A stretch of 64,000 nucleotides of DNA from Candidatus Poribacteria bacterium (GCA_963663765.2 CAXXUA010000005.1:800001-864000), one strand, 5' to 3'; positions 37,988 to 48,845 are shown, numbered from the stretch's first letter. The notes: a model not told the origin generated them from the letters alone. Numbers and translations: made by a program.

Positions 37988-39184
37988 CTATAGTTCCTCA
38001 CTGTATTCGGGTTCTTTTGCTGGTCGGATAACCCATTTTTCAAAAATGGATCTGAAGGATTTTGCGTGTTCACCAAAATGGAGATACTGGATACTTTTCG
38101 TTGGGATTGACACCTCTCCGTAGATTGGTGAACGTCCAAACAGTTTTTCGCCTTTAACTTCAATCGGTTCAAAAATAAGGATTGGATTGTGAATCAACGC
38201 AAAACGAACAACGGTTTGTGACTCTTCTGTTTGTGGTTTGTCAGAATCTGTTTGTTGTATTTGGTTTATTTCAGTATTATCCTCACCTATTGCCAATGCC
38301 TCAAAATTCTCCTCACTAATATCTATGATCCGTGCAACCCTCTCTATGGGTATCCTCATCTTCTTCAACCTTGAATCAAACAGAATTGTTTCTTCATTGA
38401 AACTGAGTAGTTTACCTCGTTTTATATCCCCATTGCTTGCTACGAGTATGTGACTCGGTGGATCGTCGCGATTGAATCGTGGTACTGTAAGTGCGCGTTC
38501 AATTTTTTCATCCAAATTCTCAGTTTTGGTTTCAAGAGGGTCAACGTGCAGTTCAACTGCGCGCTTTAGAGCTAATGCATCATTTGCGGCAAAGTTTCCA
38601 CTGACAGCAATGTCTGTCGGTTTTTCCTTAGGGTCTCCAGGTGTGATTTTTATTTCTAAAGTGCCATCTTTGGGTCTACGCACTGTAGCTTCCAAAATAC
38701 GTCCATCTTCTAAAATGATACGGTTTTTATTTCCACCAGTAATAACAATAGGATTTCTGTTTTCCTTTCGTGTTTGTGTTTTTCCCCGAGAGAACTCAAT
38801 ACCTTTGATATGTGTTGCATCCATCCGCGTTGCACTGATAAATGGGGAACGAAAATGAATGTTGATCGCGTCGTAGGATATGACTTGGCATGGTATAACT
38901 TCACCGTTTTTTAAATGCACGAGATGTGGAAACGTATTTACACTAAAAGGTCGTAATCTTGAGATTTGTTTACTATTGCGCTGTATACGAATGGGCTCAT
39001 TTTTTGAAATGTTTACTGGTTCTGACATTCCTATTGGTTGCCATTTTACATTGGATTTGTCGTTAGTATCATATATCACATGTCCTCGGAGACTACCCAT
39101 TGGAAAAAATAATTGGTCATAATCTATGAGTTTACCTCTTGGCTGTTTTTTTTGAACCGAGTTGGAAGAGTGATAGTCCATCAA
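37988..39184 (-). CDS. Hypothetical protein, probably the C-terminal half of 39132-40472
   Basis: Same repeated beta motif (HLKNGEVI, VASNGDIKRGKLL); 53-bp overlap at an A8 tract. Confidence 0.65.
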   Translation of the reverse strand: MMDYHSSNSVQKKQPRGKLIDYDQLFFPMGSLRGHVIYDTNDKSNVKWQPIGMSEPVNISKNEPIRIQRNSKQISRLRPFSVNTFPHLVHLKNGEVIPCQVISYDAINIHFRSPFISATRMDATHIKGIEFSRGKTQTRKENRNPIVITGGNKNRIILEDGRILEATVRRPKDGTLEIKITPGDPKEKPTDIAVSGNFAANDALALKRAVELHVDPLETKTENLDEKIERALTVPRFNRDDPPSHILVASNGDIKRGKLLSFNEETILFDSRLKKMRIPIERVARIIDISEENFEALAIGEDNTEINQIQQTDSDKPQTEESQTVVRFALIHNPILIFEPIEVKGEKLFGRSPIYGEVSIPTKSIQYLHFGEHAKSFRSIFEKWVIRPAKEPEYSEEL

Positions 39185-40427
39185 GGGAACAAGTCATGGG
39201 TTCTTCTGTGAAGTTTGTCTGTATTACAACACTATCTTGTTCCATCTGCAGAACTTGACCTTTTATGACAGAACCGTCTAAATATGTTAATGTCATACCT
39301 TGTTTTATCGATGCCAATTCTTGGTCAGGTTGTATGAGTTGATCAATCTGTTGAAGATTGATGTTTGTGCGAGTACCATCCGTACCGAGAACGTAACTGT
39401 TATCATTTTCGACATATAATTTACCGTGATGAACATCACCATTCATCATGTTGACTCTCGGTTTAGTAAAATCAACTTCTTGGTTATTAAATTCCCCTGC
39501 TTGTTTGTAGACTTTTAACCGTTTGATCGTCAGGTCTTGTCCTCGGTTGTAGATATAGGGACCTGAAATCGCGGTAGTGGGACTAACAGTATCAAGTTTC
39601 AACAGCAAATTACCGTTCAGTTCAAAGATTTTCAACGTACTTGAGTTTTGGTCATAAGCAAGTCGCAAACGGAAGTTACGTCGGTCTGGTTCTATTGACA
39701 TGATAGGTTCAAATAGGGTTCCTTGAACGACAACAAGTTCGTTCACCCAGGTTTCTATTCGCAATGCTTCATATAGATTTTTTCCGAGAGCGAAAACAAA
39801 TTCTGGGGGTCGAGTTGTTGATTCAAATTCAAGGTCAATGACAAACTGTGCTGGCCATTTGAGAGGATAGTATAGGTTCGTTTTACCTATATCTGTTCGT
39901 GCCTGTCCGCCTTGGTCGGCATACCAACCGATCTGATGATTGTTTTTGTTGGATTGAATCTGCTGATTGTCTTTACCGTTTCCAACAGTTTCCCAGAAAG
40001 AGAGTTGCGATCCGTCAAAAACGAGATTTGAATGCTCACGACTTTCAAGTGAGTAAATTGAGGAACGGTTCACACGAAATGTGCCGAAGCTTTTACTCTT
40101 AAAAAGCAATGTGTTCTCGTCTGAACCAATTATGTCCGCAGTCCAACTATCCCCCGTCACCGTGGCAATCCGAAATGTCTCAATGTTTTTTGCAGAGGGT
40201 TTGGAGAAGACGATTGAATCCAACACAGACAAGTCAACATTGAGATCGTCTGTAAAGTGCGATGATTCCCATCGAATTTTGCCGGACTTACTGTCTATCA
40301 GTTTGCCGGTAAGGGTATCCCCATTTTTCCAGCGTAAAAGAGTTTCCTGTGCCAGTATTGTAGTAGGAAGCCACAGAACAGCAAGTGTAACGGCAACGAT
40401 GTATATTTTCTTTAGACATTTTCGCAT
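39132..40427 (-). CDS. Secreted hypothetical protein
   Basis: Signal peptide from MRKCLKK (AAGGAA upstream); repeated motifs WKNGDTLTG, MMNGDVHHG, YLDGSVIKG. Confidence 0.7.
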   Translation of the reverse strand: MRKCLKKIYIVAVTLAVLWLPTTILAQETLLRWKNGDTLTGKLIDSKSGKIRWESSHFTDDLNVDLSVLDSIVFSKPSAKNIETFRIATVTGDSWTADIIGSDENTLLFKSKSFGTFRVNRSSIYSLESREHSNLVFDGSQLSFWETVGNGKDNQQIQSNKNNHQIGWYADQGGQARTDIGKTNLYYPLKWPAQFVIDLEFESTTRPPEFVFALGKNLYEALRIETWVNELVVVQGTLFEPIMSIEPDRRNFRLRLAYDQNSSTLKIFELNGNLLLKLDTVSPTTAISGPYIYNRGQDLTIKRLKVYKQAGEFNNQEVDFTKPRVNMMNGDVHHGKLYVENDNSYVLGTDGTRTNINLQQIDQLIQPDQELASIKQGMTLTYLDGSVIKGQVLQMEQDSVVIQTNFTEEPMTCSLDGLSLFQLGSKKTAKR

Positions 40428-40505
40428 TGGACTTTCCTTTTCTGTAAAATTCACATCATATTTTGGATTCACTTTGGTCTATCTAATTTTCTCGGTTGAT
40501 AGTAT

Positions 40506-41609
40506 CTATCTTTCATAGATGGGTAGCAAACGATAGTTCAAAGCTAAGGTAAGAACTGCCATTCCAGTACCATAGGCTTTGCCATAAGAACTGTTGAAAC
40601 TTCCATCTTGTTGTTGCATTTTTTGTAACCGGGTTATTGTGCGTTCATTCCAAGATTGCCATGCCTCGAAATCAGTTTGAAACAGTGCCTGCGCCATATA
40701 ATATAATGTATAGAACTGATAATGACTACCTATGCTGTGATTTATCCTGCGTTTTATATATTCTGAAGTTGATTTATATTCTGGAGTATCTTTTCTCTTG
40801 CCAATAGCATATACGAGTGTTGCAATAGCAGACCTTGTGAGACCATCACCGTGGCTGCTTGATGGCATATATGAAACGCCCCCTCCTCGTTTTGTGCATG
40901 TTTGGAAAAAGTTGAGTGCTTTGTCAATGGTTTCATTTGAGATTTCAATCCCCGCATTTCGTGCACCGAAGATTCCCATTAGAACGGTTCCAGCGACGGT
41001 TGTATCTGCATCTCTTGCTGTGGGAGAATAACGCCATGCCCCCCAAGGATTCTTTTTTTGTGCAGTCAAAGCGCATCTGACCCCGAGTTCTAATGCTTCA
41101 CTGATTGTGCGTCTACGGCTTTGAGGTATATCACTTTCTTGCCAGAGCAGATCTTCCCTGACTGCACCATACGCTTCTGATAGAGCTAATGTTGCGAAAC
41201 CGTGTTGGTACATTGAGGCGTGTCCCCTCGTTCCCATGTATCCTGTTTTTGGGTTTTGGCTGGCGATCATATTTTGTAAAGCCTTACGTATATGTGTTGC
41301 ATAAGGTCCATAGTCAGGGTCTTCTCCACTTGCCATCAATGCCATCACGCAAATACCTGTTACACCAGGTCCTTTTTGAGATCCTTTCCAACTTCCATCT
41401 TGTAACTGGGTGTTAGCGAGGTATCGTAGACATCGATCATTGATACTCCTTACCGTAGGTGAGACACCAGTTCCGTAACGTAGGGTAGGGTCTTGTGCGT
41501 AGGTTGAATTGCTAAAAGATGTGATTAGCAGGATAAGGAAACCAAGGACACTGAAAATCAATAAGTGATAATGTTTCAGTAAACCTGTAACTTTGTTGTA
41601 TTTTGTCAT
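40506..41609 (-). CDS. Secreted prenyltransferase/squalene-cyclase-repeat (QW-repeat alpha-barrel) protein
   Basis: QLQDGSW, MYQHGFATLALSEAYG, GAWRYSP, QQQDGSF. Confidence 0.85.
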   Translation of the reverse strand: MTKYNKVTGLLKHYHLLIFSVLGFLILLITSFSNSTYAQDPTLRYGTGVSPTVRSINDRCLRYLANTQLQDGSWKGSQKGPGVTGICVMALMASGEDPDYGPYATHIRKALQNMIASQNPKTGYMGTRGHASMYQHGFATLALSEAYGAVREDLLWQESDIPQSRRRTISEALELGVRCALTAQKKNPWGAWRYSPTARDADTTVAGTVLMGIFGARNAGIEISNETIDKALNFFQTCTKRGGGVSYMPSSSHGDGLTRSAIATLVYAIGKRKDTPEYKSTSEYIKRRINHSIGSHYQFYTLYYMAQALFQTDFEAWQSWNERTITRLQKMQQQDGSFNSSYGKAYGTGMAVLTLALNYRLLPIYER

Positions 41610-41611
41610 AA

Positions 41612-43273
41612 TTATCTTCCACCTTTCAATGCACTTTTCTGCCAAGGATTCAATATCTGGTCGTCCATCCAAATGAGATATTCAAGAAACATCACTTGAA
41701 GTCCTTCATTGCTCAACGAGGGTAAAGTCAAATGTGTTGTTATCCTTTTTAGTTTGTTAAGTTGCAAATCGTTAAATAGGAAAATTATATCCCAATAAGC
41801 CACAAGAAAATTTTGTAATGTATTGGCTCTAAATTTCTCTCGTTCCGTTTGTCGTGCTTTATATAGGAAATAAGCATTTTCAGATAGGACGTCTTTGATT
41901 GCTTGTTGGAATAGGGGGTGACTTGTAATCATGTTAAGTTCCGTTGCTTTCCATTGTTCATTTTTGTCACTTTCACCCCATAATTCTTTCTTCAAGGACT
42001 CAAGATTCTCTAAAGCCTGTTCGTGGGAAATATTTTGCAACATGAATTTCTGCGCAAAAAATCCTATTTTTGAAAGGAATTCGGAATTGTCATCAAAGTC
42101 CGGTAATTCCAATTCAATATATTGTTGGCTCACGCCTTTGATAACTATTTCCAAACGTTTTGATGCTTTTTCGTTGAACGTGCCTAACTGCTCAATATGT
42201 GATTTAAGTATTGCTTCAGCCAAAATCCATGTTTGAGAATTGTATGGACTTTCATTTGTCCAATCTTTCTCTGTTGTATTTTCCGATGGCACTTCAGAAA
42301 ATTCAATAGCAAGTAATTCCTTATGATCATCTTGCATATCAACTAATATTTGCCAAATTCTATACTGGGTTTGGTTCAATATAGTATCCATTGGAATTTT
42401 CAATTCATTTTGTAGAAGATTTACCACTCGCTTGCGAAATGATACCCCCATTAACATTCCAATAAAAGAGACACCGTACTTTCCACTTGGGGAGTCAAGC
42501 ATTAATTTTGCAAAGTTTTCGCGCTGACTGACTGTTAGGTTTAGTTTTTGATCAACGAACGCTATTATTAATTGAATATTGGCTTTCTGAAGGTTACGTT
42601 TCCGCGCATTGGTGTAATTGATATAATCTTGAAGTTGTTTTTCTGTGAGGTACTTGGTAAACGTTACCTTGAAATCAGGTTTTGACAACATTGCGACAAT
42701 AAAAGCTGCGCTGACATAATCATTTATCGGTCCGAAGTCTTTCAGTTCTTGGTCTCCCTGTTCCATCACTGTATTGAATGCTTCAAGAATTGACTCTTGT
42801 AGTGTTTCAACAATAGTCTCGTCCAATTTGTAACGTTTACCGATATCTTCTGCGACATGTTGTAATATGCATTGATACACACGGTTCTCAAAATCACCTT
42901 TTTTTAACATTTTGAACCGGTCAAAGATTTCACCCCCAGGAACAACGATCTTCTGTTTTCCACTTCGAGGATGATACCCTTTCTTGGATATACTGATAGT
43001 ATATCGTCCTGCTGTAAGACCTGTAAATTCATATTTACCTTTGGCATCAGTTTTTACTGTCCACTCTTTTCCATCTGAACTAACAATCTTAACTGTAACA
43101 CCTTCAATTGGGTTTAGGTCTTTCGTTGCTTCAATAACTTCGCCTCGGATGGTGCCTCCCTTTGCAGCATTGTCTTCTGCAAGTGCAACGCATGCGGATA
43201 TACCGATACAAATGATTGCTATAAGCACAATACTACAACGGTTCATTTTCTTCATCATCTTCCTCTCATTCAT
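41612..43273 (-). CDS. Secreted protein with N-terminal carboxypeptidase-regulatory-like domain
   Basis: GTIRGEV...TDAKGKYEFTGLTAGRYTISISKKGY, followed by a helical region. Confidence 0.75.
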   Translation of the reverse strand: MNERKMMKKMNRCSIVLIAIICIGISACVALAEDNAAKGGTIRGEVIEATKDLNPIEGVTVKIVSSDGKEWTVKTDAKGKYEFTGLTAGRYTISISKKGYHPRSGKQKIVVPGGEIFDRFKMLKKGDFENRVYQCILQHVAEDIGKRYKLDETIVETLQESILEAFNTVMEQGDQELKDFGPINDYVSAAFIVAMLSKPDFKVTFTKYLTEKQLQDYINYTNARKRNLQKANIQLIIAFVDQKLNLTVSQRENFAKLMLDSPSGKYGVSFIGMLMGVSFRKRVVNLLQNELKIPMDTILNQTQYRIWQILVDMQDDHKELLAIEFSEVPSENTTEKDWTNESPYNSQTWILAEAILKSHIEQLGTFNEKASKRLEIVIKGVSQQYIELELPDFDDNSEFLSKIGFFAQKFMLQNISHEQALENLESLKKELWGESDKNEQWKATELNMITSHPLFQQAIKDVLSENAYFLYKARQTEREKFRANTLQNFLVAYWDIIFLFNDLQLNKLKRITTHLTLPSLSNEGLQVMFLEYLIWMDDQILNPWQKSALKGGR

Positions 43274-43291
43274 CTTATACCATAAAATAAG

Positions 43292-43413
43292 CGGGGCTTA
43301 CGCACCCAACGGTAGGCGCGCTTTGTAAGCGCGCTGGAAACCGAAAAAATGCTGAAAATTACACCATTTTCGTCATAATTCTTCATCAAATCATGAAAAC
43401 TGCGTAAGTCCTG
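43292..43413. mobile_element. MITE family D, no micro-insert
   Basis: TIRs; TSD ATAAG. Confidence 0.92.
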
Positions 43414-43768
43414 ATAAGATACCATTTGTTGACGTGTTCTTGTAGGAGGGACCTCCCGGTCACTCCTACCTTAGGAAACCTATGTTAGCATGTGTGATTA
43501 ATCAGCAATTGAATGTCTCTGGATAAGGATTATCAACTTATGTATAAAACTGTCCAAACTTTGGTATCAATCAGACATTTTTCTTGTATGTAGGTATTTT
43601 CAATAAGGGTGAATATTAAAAGTTACGTTCAGCGTATAATTGGATTTGTAAAGTTTAGTTGTTTTTTTCGTGTTTTTTATAATTTTTTCAAAAGTCTTTT
43701 CGATCCTGTCGTGGCATGGGTTTATATTGATTTTTTATTTTAACGAAATTTTGAAAAAAACAACTAAA

Positions 43769-44089
43769 TGGCTCATTCGGCAATTAATTTTAGCATAAAA
43801 TAAAAGTCCAATGCTGAAGAACCCAGTAGTCATATGTTTAAGTAGTAGATCGTCAATGGAAACATATCAGGACTTACGCACCCAACGGTAGGCGGTGAAT
43901 GCCTAAATGGCATTCATACCCGGGGAATGCCAAAAGGCATTCATACCGTTGATTTCTTGATTTGGTGCTTTGTAAGCGCGCCGGAAACCTAAAAAATGCT
44001 GAAAATTACATCATTTTCGTCTTAATTCTTGATTGGATCATGAAAACTGCGTAAGTCCTGCATATAATAAATACTAAGCAAGAAAACAA
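43769..44089. mobile_element. MITE family F containing a family D element (43868-44060)
   Basis: Outer CTAAA duplication; inner TSD CATAT. Confidence 0.85.
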
Positions 44090-44181
44090 CTAAATGGATT
44101 TTTTATCGTTTTTTTGTTGTGTCTTTTGTTTTGGATTTGTCAACTGTTAATGAATTGTATAATCTACCAAAATTAAAGAAT

Positions 44182-45126
44182 TTAGTCTTGAATATTAGCC
44201 AAACCTGTTTGCCATTCCTTGCCTTTCTTACCCGCATAAAGCATCACGTAGGAATCGTCGATTTTAAGGATTTGACCTGTTAACACACCATCACAATCAA
44301 ATGCATTGGGATCTTCCGAAGGTGTAAATATAGGGTTATATGGGTTCGGTTCAAAGGTATGAAAATCGCGAGTTCTGATATGTCCCATCCGCCACACTTC
44401 TCCATCGAATCCACCGTAGATTACATGGTAATACTGCGGTCCTTTGAACACTTCAGTTTCACGAACACCCTTACTATCCCATGCCTGTCCACTTCCTGTG
44501 AAAACAGGATTGGCAGGATTTTTTGTCACCCACGCAGGATTGTTTGTCGGTGCAGTCGCATGACACATTGTGAGACCATCCTTAAAAGATTGTGTTGCCT
44601 TTCCAGTGTACAAGATGTGTATCGTGTCACCATCTATAGCGACTGAGGGATGGGTTGATCCGTGTCGTTCGTGTTCAGTATCTGCAGGAATGACAGGTGT
44701 GTGTTGGACGCGTCGCCATTCACCCATATCACCATCACTCACAAGTAAGCCAGTCTGTTCAGGAGTAATTTTTCCTTTACCCCGATAATACATATAGTAT
44801 TTATTATCTACAGGATTTAGAAAGGGAAAAGGATATTCAACAGCGGAATTGTCAAAACCGTCCGCTGAAGGTTCAAAAATAGGATTACGCGGATCCTGTG
44901 TGATGTTAGTGATGTCGTTGATAGGAGCAGTTGCGTGCATCATCAACCAACGAATATCTGCTTCACGTTTACACCATAAGTAGTGTAACGTGTCATCAAT
45001 AATTATGGCATGCGTTGCTGCTGCCCAGAGAGGCGGTGCAAGAGAGATGATTGGATTCCTTTCTTTGATCCTCTTGAAATTAGCAAACAACTCAAACGGA
45101 AGAACATCACTATGCAAATCAGTCAT
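44182..45126 (-). CDS. Five-bladed beta-propeller glycoside-hydrolase-like protein
   Basis: Repeated NPIF/NPVF blades with YYMYYRG and YVMLYAG strands. Confidence 0.7.
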   Translation of the reverse strand: MTDLHSDVLPFELFANFKRIKERNPIISLAPPLWAAATHAIIIDDTLHYLWCKREADIRWLMMHATAPINDITNITQDPRNPIFEPSADGFDNSAVEYPFPFLNPVDNKYYMYYRGKGKITPEQTGLLVSDGDMGEWRRVQHTPVIPADTEHERHGSTHPSVAIDGDTIHILYTGKATQSFKDGLTMCHATAPTNNPAWVTKNPANPVFTGSGQAWDSKGVRETEVFKGPQYYHVIYGGFDGEVWRMGHIRTRDFHTFEPNPYNPIFTPSEDPNAFDCDGVLTGQILKIDDSYVMLYAGKKGKEWQTGLANIQD

Positions 45127-45156
45127 CGTTTTCCCTCTTTTCAGACTGTCGTATGC

Positions 45157-46383
45157 TTATTGTGTTCCTTCCAATACATTGAAATAAGCATCTAAACCTT
45201 GTCGAAATTCTTCGGGCAATACGCGTCCAGCTTTACCTGTTGCTTGTCTTGGTGAACGTTTTTCAATGAAAGCGGTTCCTGTGTCATCACCTGTGCCGAG
45301 GAGTCTGAGTGCTGACATTAATGAAGCAAGTGCTTTTCCTGATGCGCCGCCACCTGGTGTCTCTCCGCCTCCGCCTCCGCCTCCGCTGCTTGGTGTATTC
45401 GGTTCGCGTTGGGTTTGAAGGAGTATTTCAATCACTTCTGAAATCGCAGCGATTGCTTCAGGTCCCGTGTTAGGTTCTGCGAGAATAGATTCTGCTTCCT
45501 CCATTACTTCAGCTGCCATTCTCACTTTCTGGTATTGTCCTTGGATCTTAGGAGTATTCATGGTTGGCAGCAAACTTATTTCTCTTGCGACTTCACGAGT
45601 ATCCTCTGCGATTTCGTATTGTGTATCACTTAACGCTTCGCTCCGTTCTAAATATATGTCGTTGTTGAGAGCGTTTTTCGCTTGCTCGATCTCGCGCGTC
45701 TCTTCACGCAATTGAATTTCACGATTGATGATACGCAACACATCCAAGATGATTTCCGGTGGCAAGTTTGGCACCTCTCCCTGGCCACCCTCTTCTCCAG
45801 GTGGCGGAGGCTCGTCCATTGGATCAACCAATTGTTCTGCCCACCGATCCAGTGTATCTGCCCAATATTCCGCCTCAATGGTAGATTGTCCTATAAAATT
45901 CATACTGATCGCTCGGACAAGATCGCGCATCTGATTTTCTAAGGAAGCGTCTTCCATTTCTGCCAACACACGCAAGTAATTTGCTGAGGGACGTCGATCC
46001 GTATATGCTGCCATATCCTGTATGATAGTCGCAACATCTTTTGATGCAGTTCCTTCAAGGGTTGCTAAACGTTTGAGTTCCCTTTGATTATCCGCTTCCC
46101 TGTTAGGCACACCAAAACTGTCCAGATTATTCAGGTCAGATGCGATGTCTATTTGCTTCCGTGATGCTGCTTTCAGACGTTTCACAAACGTACTGTTTTC
46201 AAAAGCAACAAGTAGTTTCTTCATTTCATCAGATAATTTGTCAAAAGCGTCCAGCAATTCCTCCTGTTCTTCAAATGCTTGCAAAACTAAGTCTGATGCC
46301 TCTGGCGCAGGTGTGTTTTCTTCTTGAGTTTGGTCTTGATTGTTTCTACCGCTACCCTTTAGTGTCGTGTTAGGAATGCCCAT
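45157..46383 (-). CDS. C-terminal part of a large coiled-coil membrane protein
   Basis: In frame with 46399-48768 across a single TGA; ends LPEEFRQGLDAYF. Confidence 0.75.
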   Translation of the reverse strand: MGIPNTTLKGSGRNNQDQTQEENTPAPEASDLVLQAFEEQEELLDAFDKLSDEMKKLLVAFENSTFVKRLKAASRKQIDIASDLNNLDSFGVPNREADNQRELKRLATLEGTASKDVATIIQDMAAYTDRRPSANYLRVLAEMEDASLENQMRDLVRAISMNFIGQSTIEAEYWADTLDRWAEQLVDPMDEPPPPGEEGGQGEVPNLPPEIILDVLRIINREIQLREETREIEQAKNALNNDIYLERSEALSDTQYEIAEDTREVAREISLLPTMNTPKIQGQYQKVRMAAEVMEEAESILAEPNTGPEAIAAISEVIEILLQTQREPNTPSSGGGGGGGETPGGGASGKALASLMSALRLLGTGDDTGTAFIEKRSPRQATGKAGRVLPEEFRQGLDAYFNVLEGTQ

Positions 46384-46398
46384 TCCTCCAGCCCCTTG

Positions 46399-48768
46399 TC
46401 AGGTAGGACCTTCTCGTGGGTCGTCAAGTGGGTTGAATCCTGATTCAACATCTGATAGGCCGGGGGTTGGATTCGCTGGTGAAAATGTTGGCTTACCGCC
46501 TTGGGGGGGTTTACTGCGGTCAGTACTAACTGAATCACCTTGTTTATTAGGATCGTCAGGCATTTCTTCGTCTGCTTTTTCAGCAGGCACCTTGATATCC
46601 GGTCCATACTTCTCAAGTTCGTCATCAGACTTTTTGGTTTCGCTATCTGATGGTGAGGATTGTCCATCTGCTGCTTGGTTTTGCTGTTGTGATGGGTCAG
46701 TAGCTTTACCATTTTGATCAGATGGACTTGATTGTCCATTTTCTGATTGATTTTGTTGCTGTGATGGATCCGTAGGTTTACCGCTCTGTTCAGAAGGATT
46801 TGATTGTCCATCTGCTGCTTGGTTTTGCTGTTGTGATGGGTCAGTCGGTTTACCATTTTGATCAGATGGACTTGATTGTCCTGGTGCTTCAGCTGCTTGT
46901 GCAAGTAAATCAGCAACAGATGGCATTTGCTTTCCAGCGATCTCTTCTAACTGATTTAGCATTTTAGCCCATGATTCAAGTTGTTTACCATCAAACTCAC
47001 TGTTTTTTGATGCTTCCTGAAGCAATTCTTCCCCAGATCCGATGAGGCTATCAAGTTTTGCTGCGTTAGCGCGTTCCAATGCGGCTTGATTCTGGAGTGT
47101 TTTCCGCTGTGCTGGGTCATCAAGTTCCTCTGGAGACATATCGCGAAGTTCGCTATTGGTTTGGTGTAGCATTAGTTCTTTATCGTGAACATCCTTTGCT
47201 GCACCTGTCCAAAGTTGCATCTGCCCGATGAGCCATTTGTAGTGATCTGCAGGTGAAAGTACGTGCATCACTATCTGCGGAGAATAGATGCGTTCTCGAT
47301 TTGGATAATAATCTTCCACGAAAGCACGCAAACGTAGACTCTGGGGTTTCACATTTTCGCGTTCAACGGAGAATGTTGCGGGGACGATAAGTTCGTCAGA
47401 AGTTGGAGAACCTGCGGACACAGTTTTCTCGCCTATTGCTGGATCAGGATTTTGAATGGGGTTCTTGATACCTTCCCATGCTAAACCGATATGTTTGACA
47501 CCGAAGTCATCTCCCGCTTGAATCTCAAATGTGAGTACGTCTGTAGAGAGATAAACTTGGTTATTTTTTAGTTTGGTGATTGCGACTGTCGGTTCAGCAT
47601 CTTCTTGCGCTTCAAACTGCAGTACTTGTGGTTCACTTGCAGCGAGTCCATAGCGGTCACGCCATGTTAAATGCATCTCCGTAGTGGTATCCACCGAAAT
47701 TGCTTCGGTTATTACACGTTCACCATCTACCTTTTGGGGACGGTTATTTAAGGTTGCTTCTGATAATTCACGCGTCGTCGTTGCTTCCAAAGTTGCGGTG
47801 CTACCTTTGACTAAGTTCACGATACCGCCACGGACATCATCTATTCGTGGTTCTTCGTGCTGCAAGTAGTCGGGGAGTTGGACTTTGGCAATAAGTTCTT
47901 TTAATGCAGGACGCAATTTCGGTTCAATCGGGATTGAACGGCGTGCATCTCCAACTCGTAGTTTGATCTCTCCATCCTCAGTTTGCGGCGGTAATTGGAA
48001 TTTGTAAGTTTCTCCATCTCGTTTTGTGGTTATGGGTTCTTGTTTCGCGTAGCGAGCTTCACCTGCTTCAGGTTTCCATGGGGAATCGTCTTTGAGTTGT
48101 GCTTCAACGTCAAATGGTTCTGCATACGCCACAACGCGCAAGTCAGGTTTTCCATCTAACTGCGCAAAAGTAAGTCGATCCACATCTCGCCAGGGTGTCA
48201 TCCAACGTGCAAGCGCATTCCGCGTCGTAGCAGGAATTACAAGTACGCCGATAAGTACCAACACTAACGGTATACCAGCTGCCAATACCCAACGTCTGTG
48301 CTGTGGATTCGGTACAGCTTCAGAAAGGTTGTGTTTTGCGACCTCTTCATCAACTTGTCGCATAGCTGCTGCAACCAGTGCGGGACTTGCGGATTGATCA
48401 GTCCTTTCCGATGCCAGTTCTATGATGCCAAGGACGTGATCACCAAACCGGGGAAACTTGTGCTGTAACAACCGTGCAATTCCTTCAAGTTGTCTATTTT
48501 GCCACACCCATTTGTGGTATTTCATCGGAAGAAAAACCACCATGCCTACCATGCCTATTACCAAGATGAGTGCGCGTAGAAGTGCTGGCGTATCAATCAG
48601 TCGGTCTAAACCAAACACAATGAGATACGAAATTATGAGTCCGAAGAGTGCTGCTAACGTGCCTTCTGCAAGTTTGATTATCCATACACGTTTTCTGTAT
48701 TTTTCTAATGCGTTTTTCATACGCGGGGGTAGATTGACCCCGCTATTTTGTTGGTGTGTTTGGTTCAT
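46399..48768 (-). CDS. N-terminal part of a DUF4175-like membrane/coiled-coil protein
   Basis: Three TM segments, AGDDFGV motif, coiled coil, Q/S/D-rich repeats. Confidence 0.75.
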   Translation of the reverse strand: MNQTHQQNSGVNLPPRMKNALEKYRKRVWIIKLAEGTLAALFGLIISYLIVFGLDRLIDTPALLRALILVIGMVGMVVFLPMKYHKWVWQNRQLEGIARLLQHKFPRFGDHVLGIIELASERTDQSASPALVAAAMRQVDEEVAKHNLSEAVPNPQHRRWVLAAGIPLVLVLIGVLVIPATTRNALARWMTPWRDVDRLTFAQLDGKPDLRVVAYAEPFDVEAQLKDDSPWKPEAGEARYAKQEPITTKRDGETYKFQLPPQTEDGEIKLRVGDARRSIPIEPKLRPALKELIAKVQLPDYLQHEEPRIDDVRGGIVNLVKGSTATLEATTTRELSEATLNNRPQKVDGERVITEAISVDTTTEMHLTWRDRYGLAASEPQVLQFEAQEDAEPTVAITKLKNNQVYLSTDVLTFEIQAGDDFGVKHIGLAWEGIKNPIQNPDPAIGEKTVSAGSPTSDELIVPATFSVERENVKPQSLRLRAFVEDYYPNRERIYSPQIVMHVLSPADHYKWLIGQMQLWTGAAKDVHDKELMLHQTNSELRDMSPEELDDPAQRKTLQNQAALERANAAKLDSLIGSGEELLQEASKNSEFDGKQLESWAKMLNQLEEIAGKQMPSVADLLAQAAEAPGQSSPSDQNGKPTDPSQQQNQAADGQSNPSEQSGKPTDPSQQQNQSENGQSSPSDQNGKATDPSQQQNQAADGQSSPSDSETKKSDDELEKYGPDIKVPAEKADEEMPDDPNKQGDSVSTDRSKPPQGGKPTFSPANPTPGLSDVESGFNPLDDPREGPT
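46658..46881. repeat. 72-bp coding tandem repeat, about 3 units
   Basis: GQSSPSDQNGKPTDPSQQQNQAAD-like units. Confidence 0.9.
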
Positions 48769-48845
48769 TGAAGTTCTCCTTTGGTGTGCCTATTTGTTTT
48801 CTATTTCAATGTAAATTCTGATAATGTTTTATGAATACTTAAACT

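Noticed and set aside
43654-43768. 16-bp inverted repeat TTTAGTTGTTTTTTTC / GAAAAAAACAACTAAA as another MITE
   Set aside because: Single occurrence, low complexity and no TSD, so it cannot be supported.
46399-46401. Selenocysteine codon or alternative genetic code
   Set aside because: The context is a disordered linker with no redox motif or evident SECIS, and TGA terminates other genes normally.
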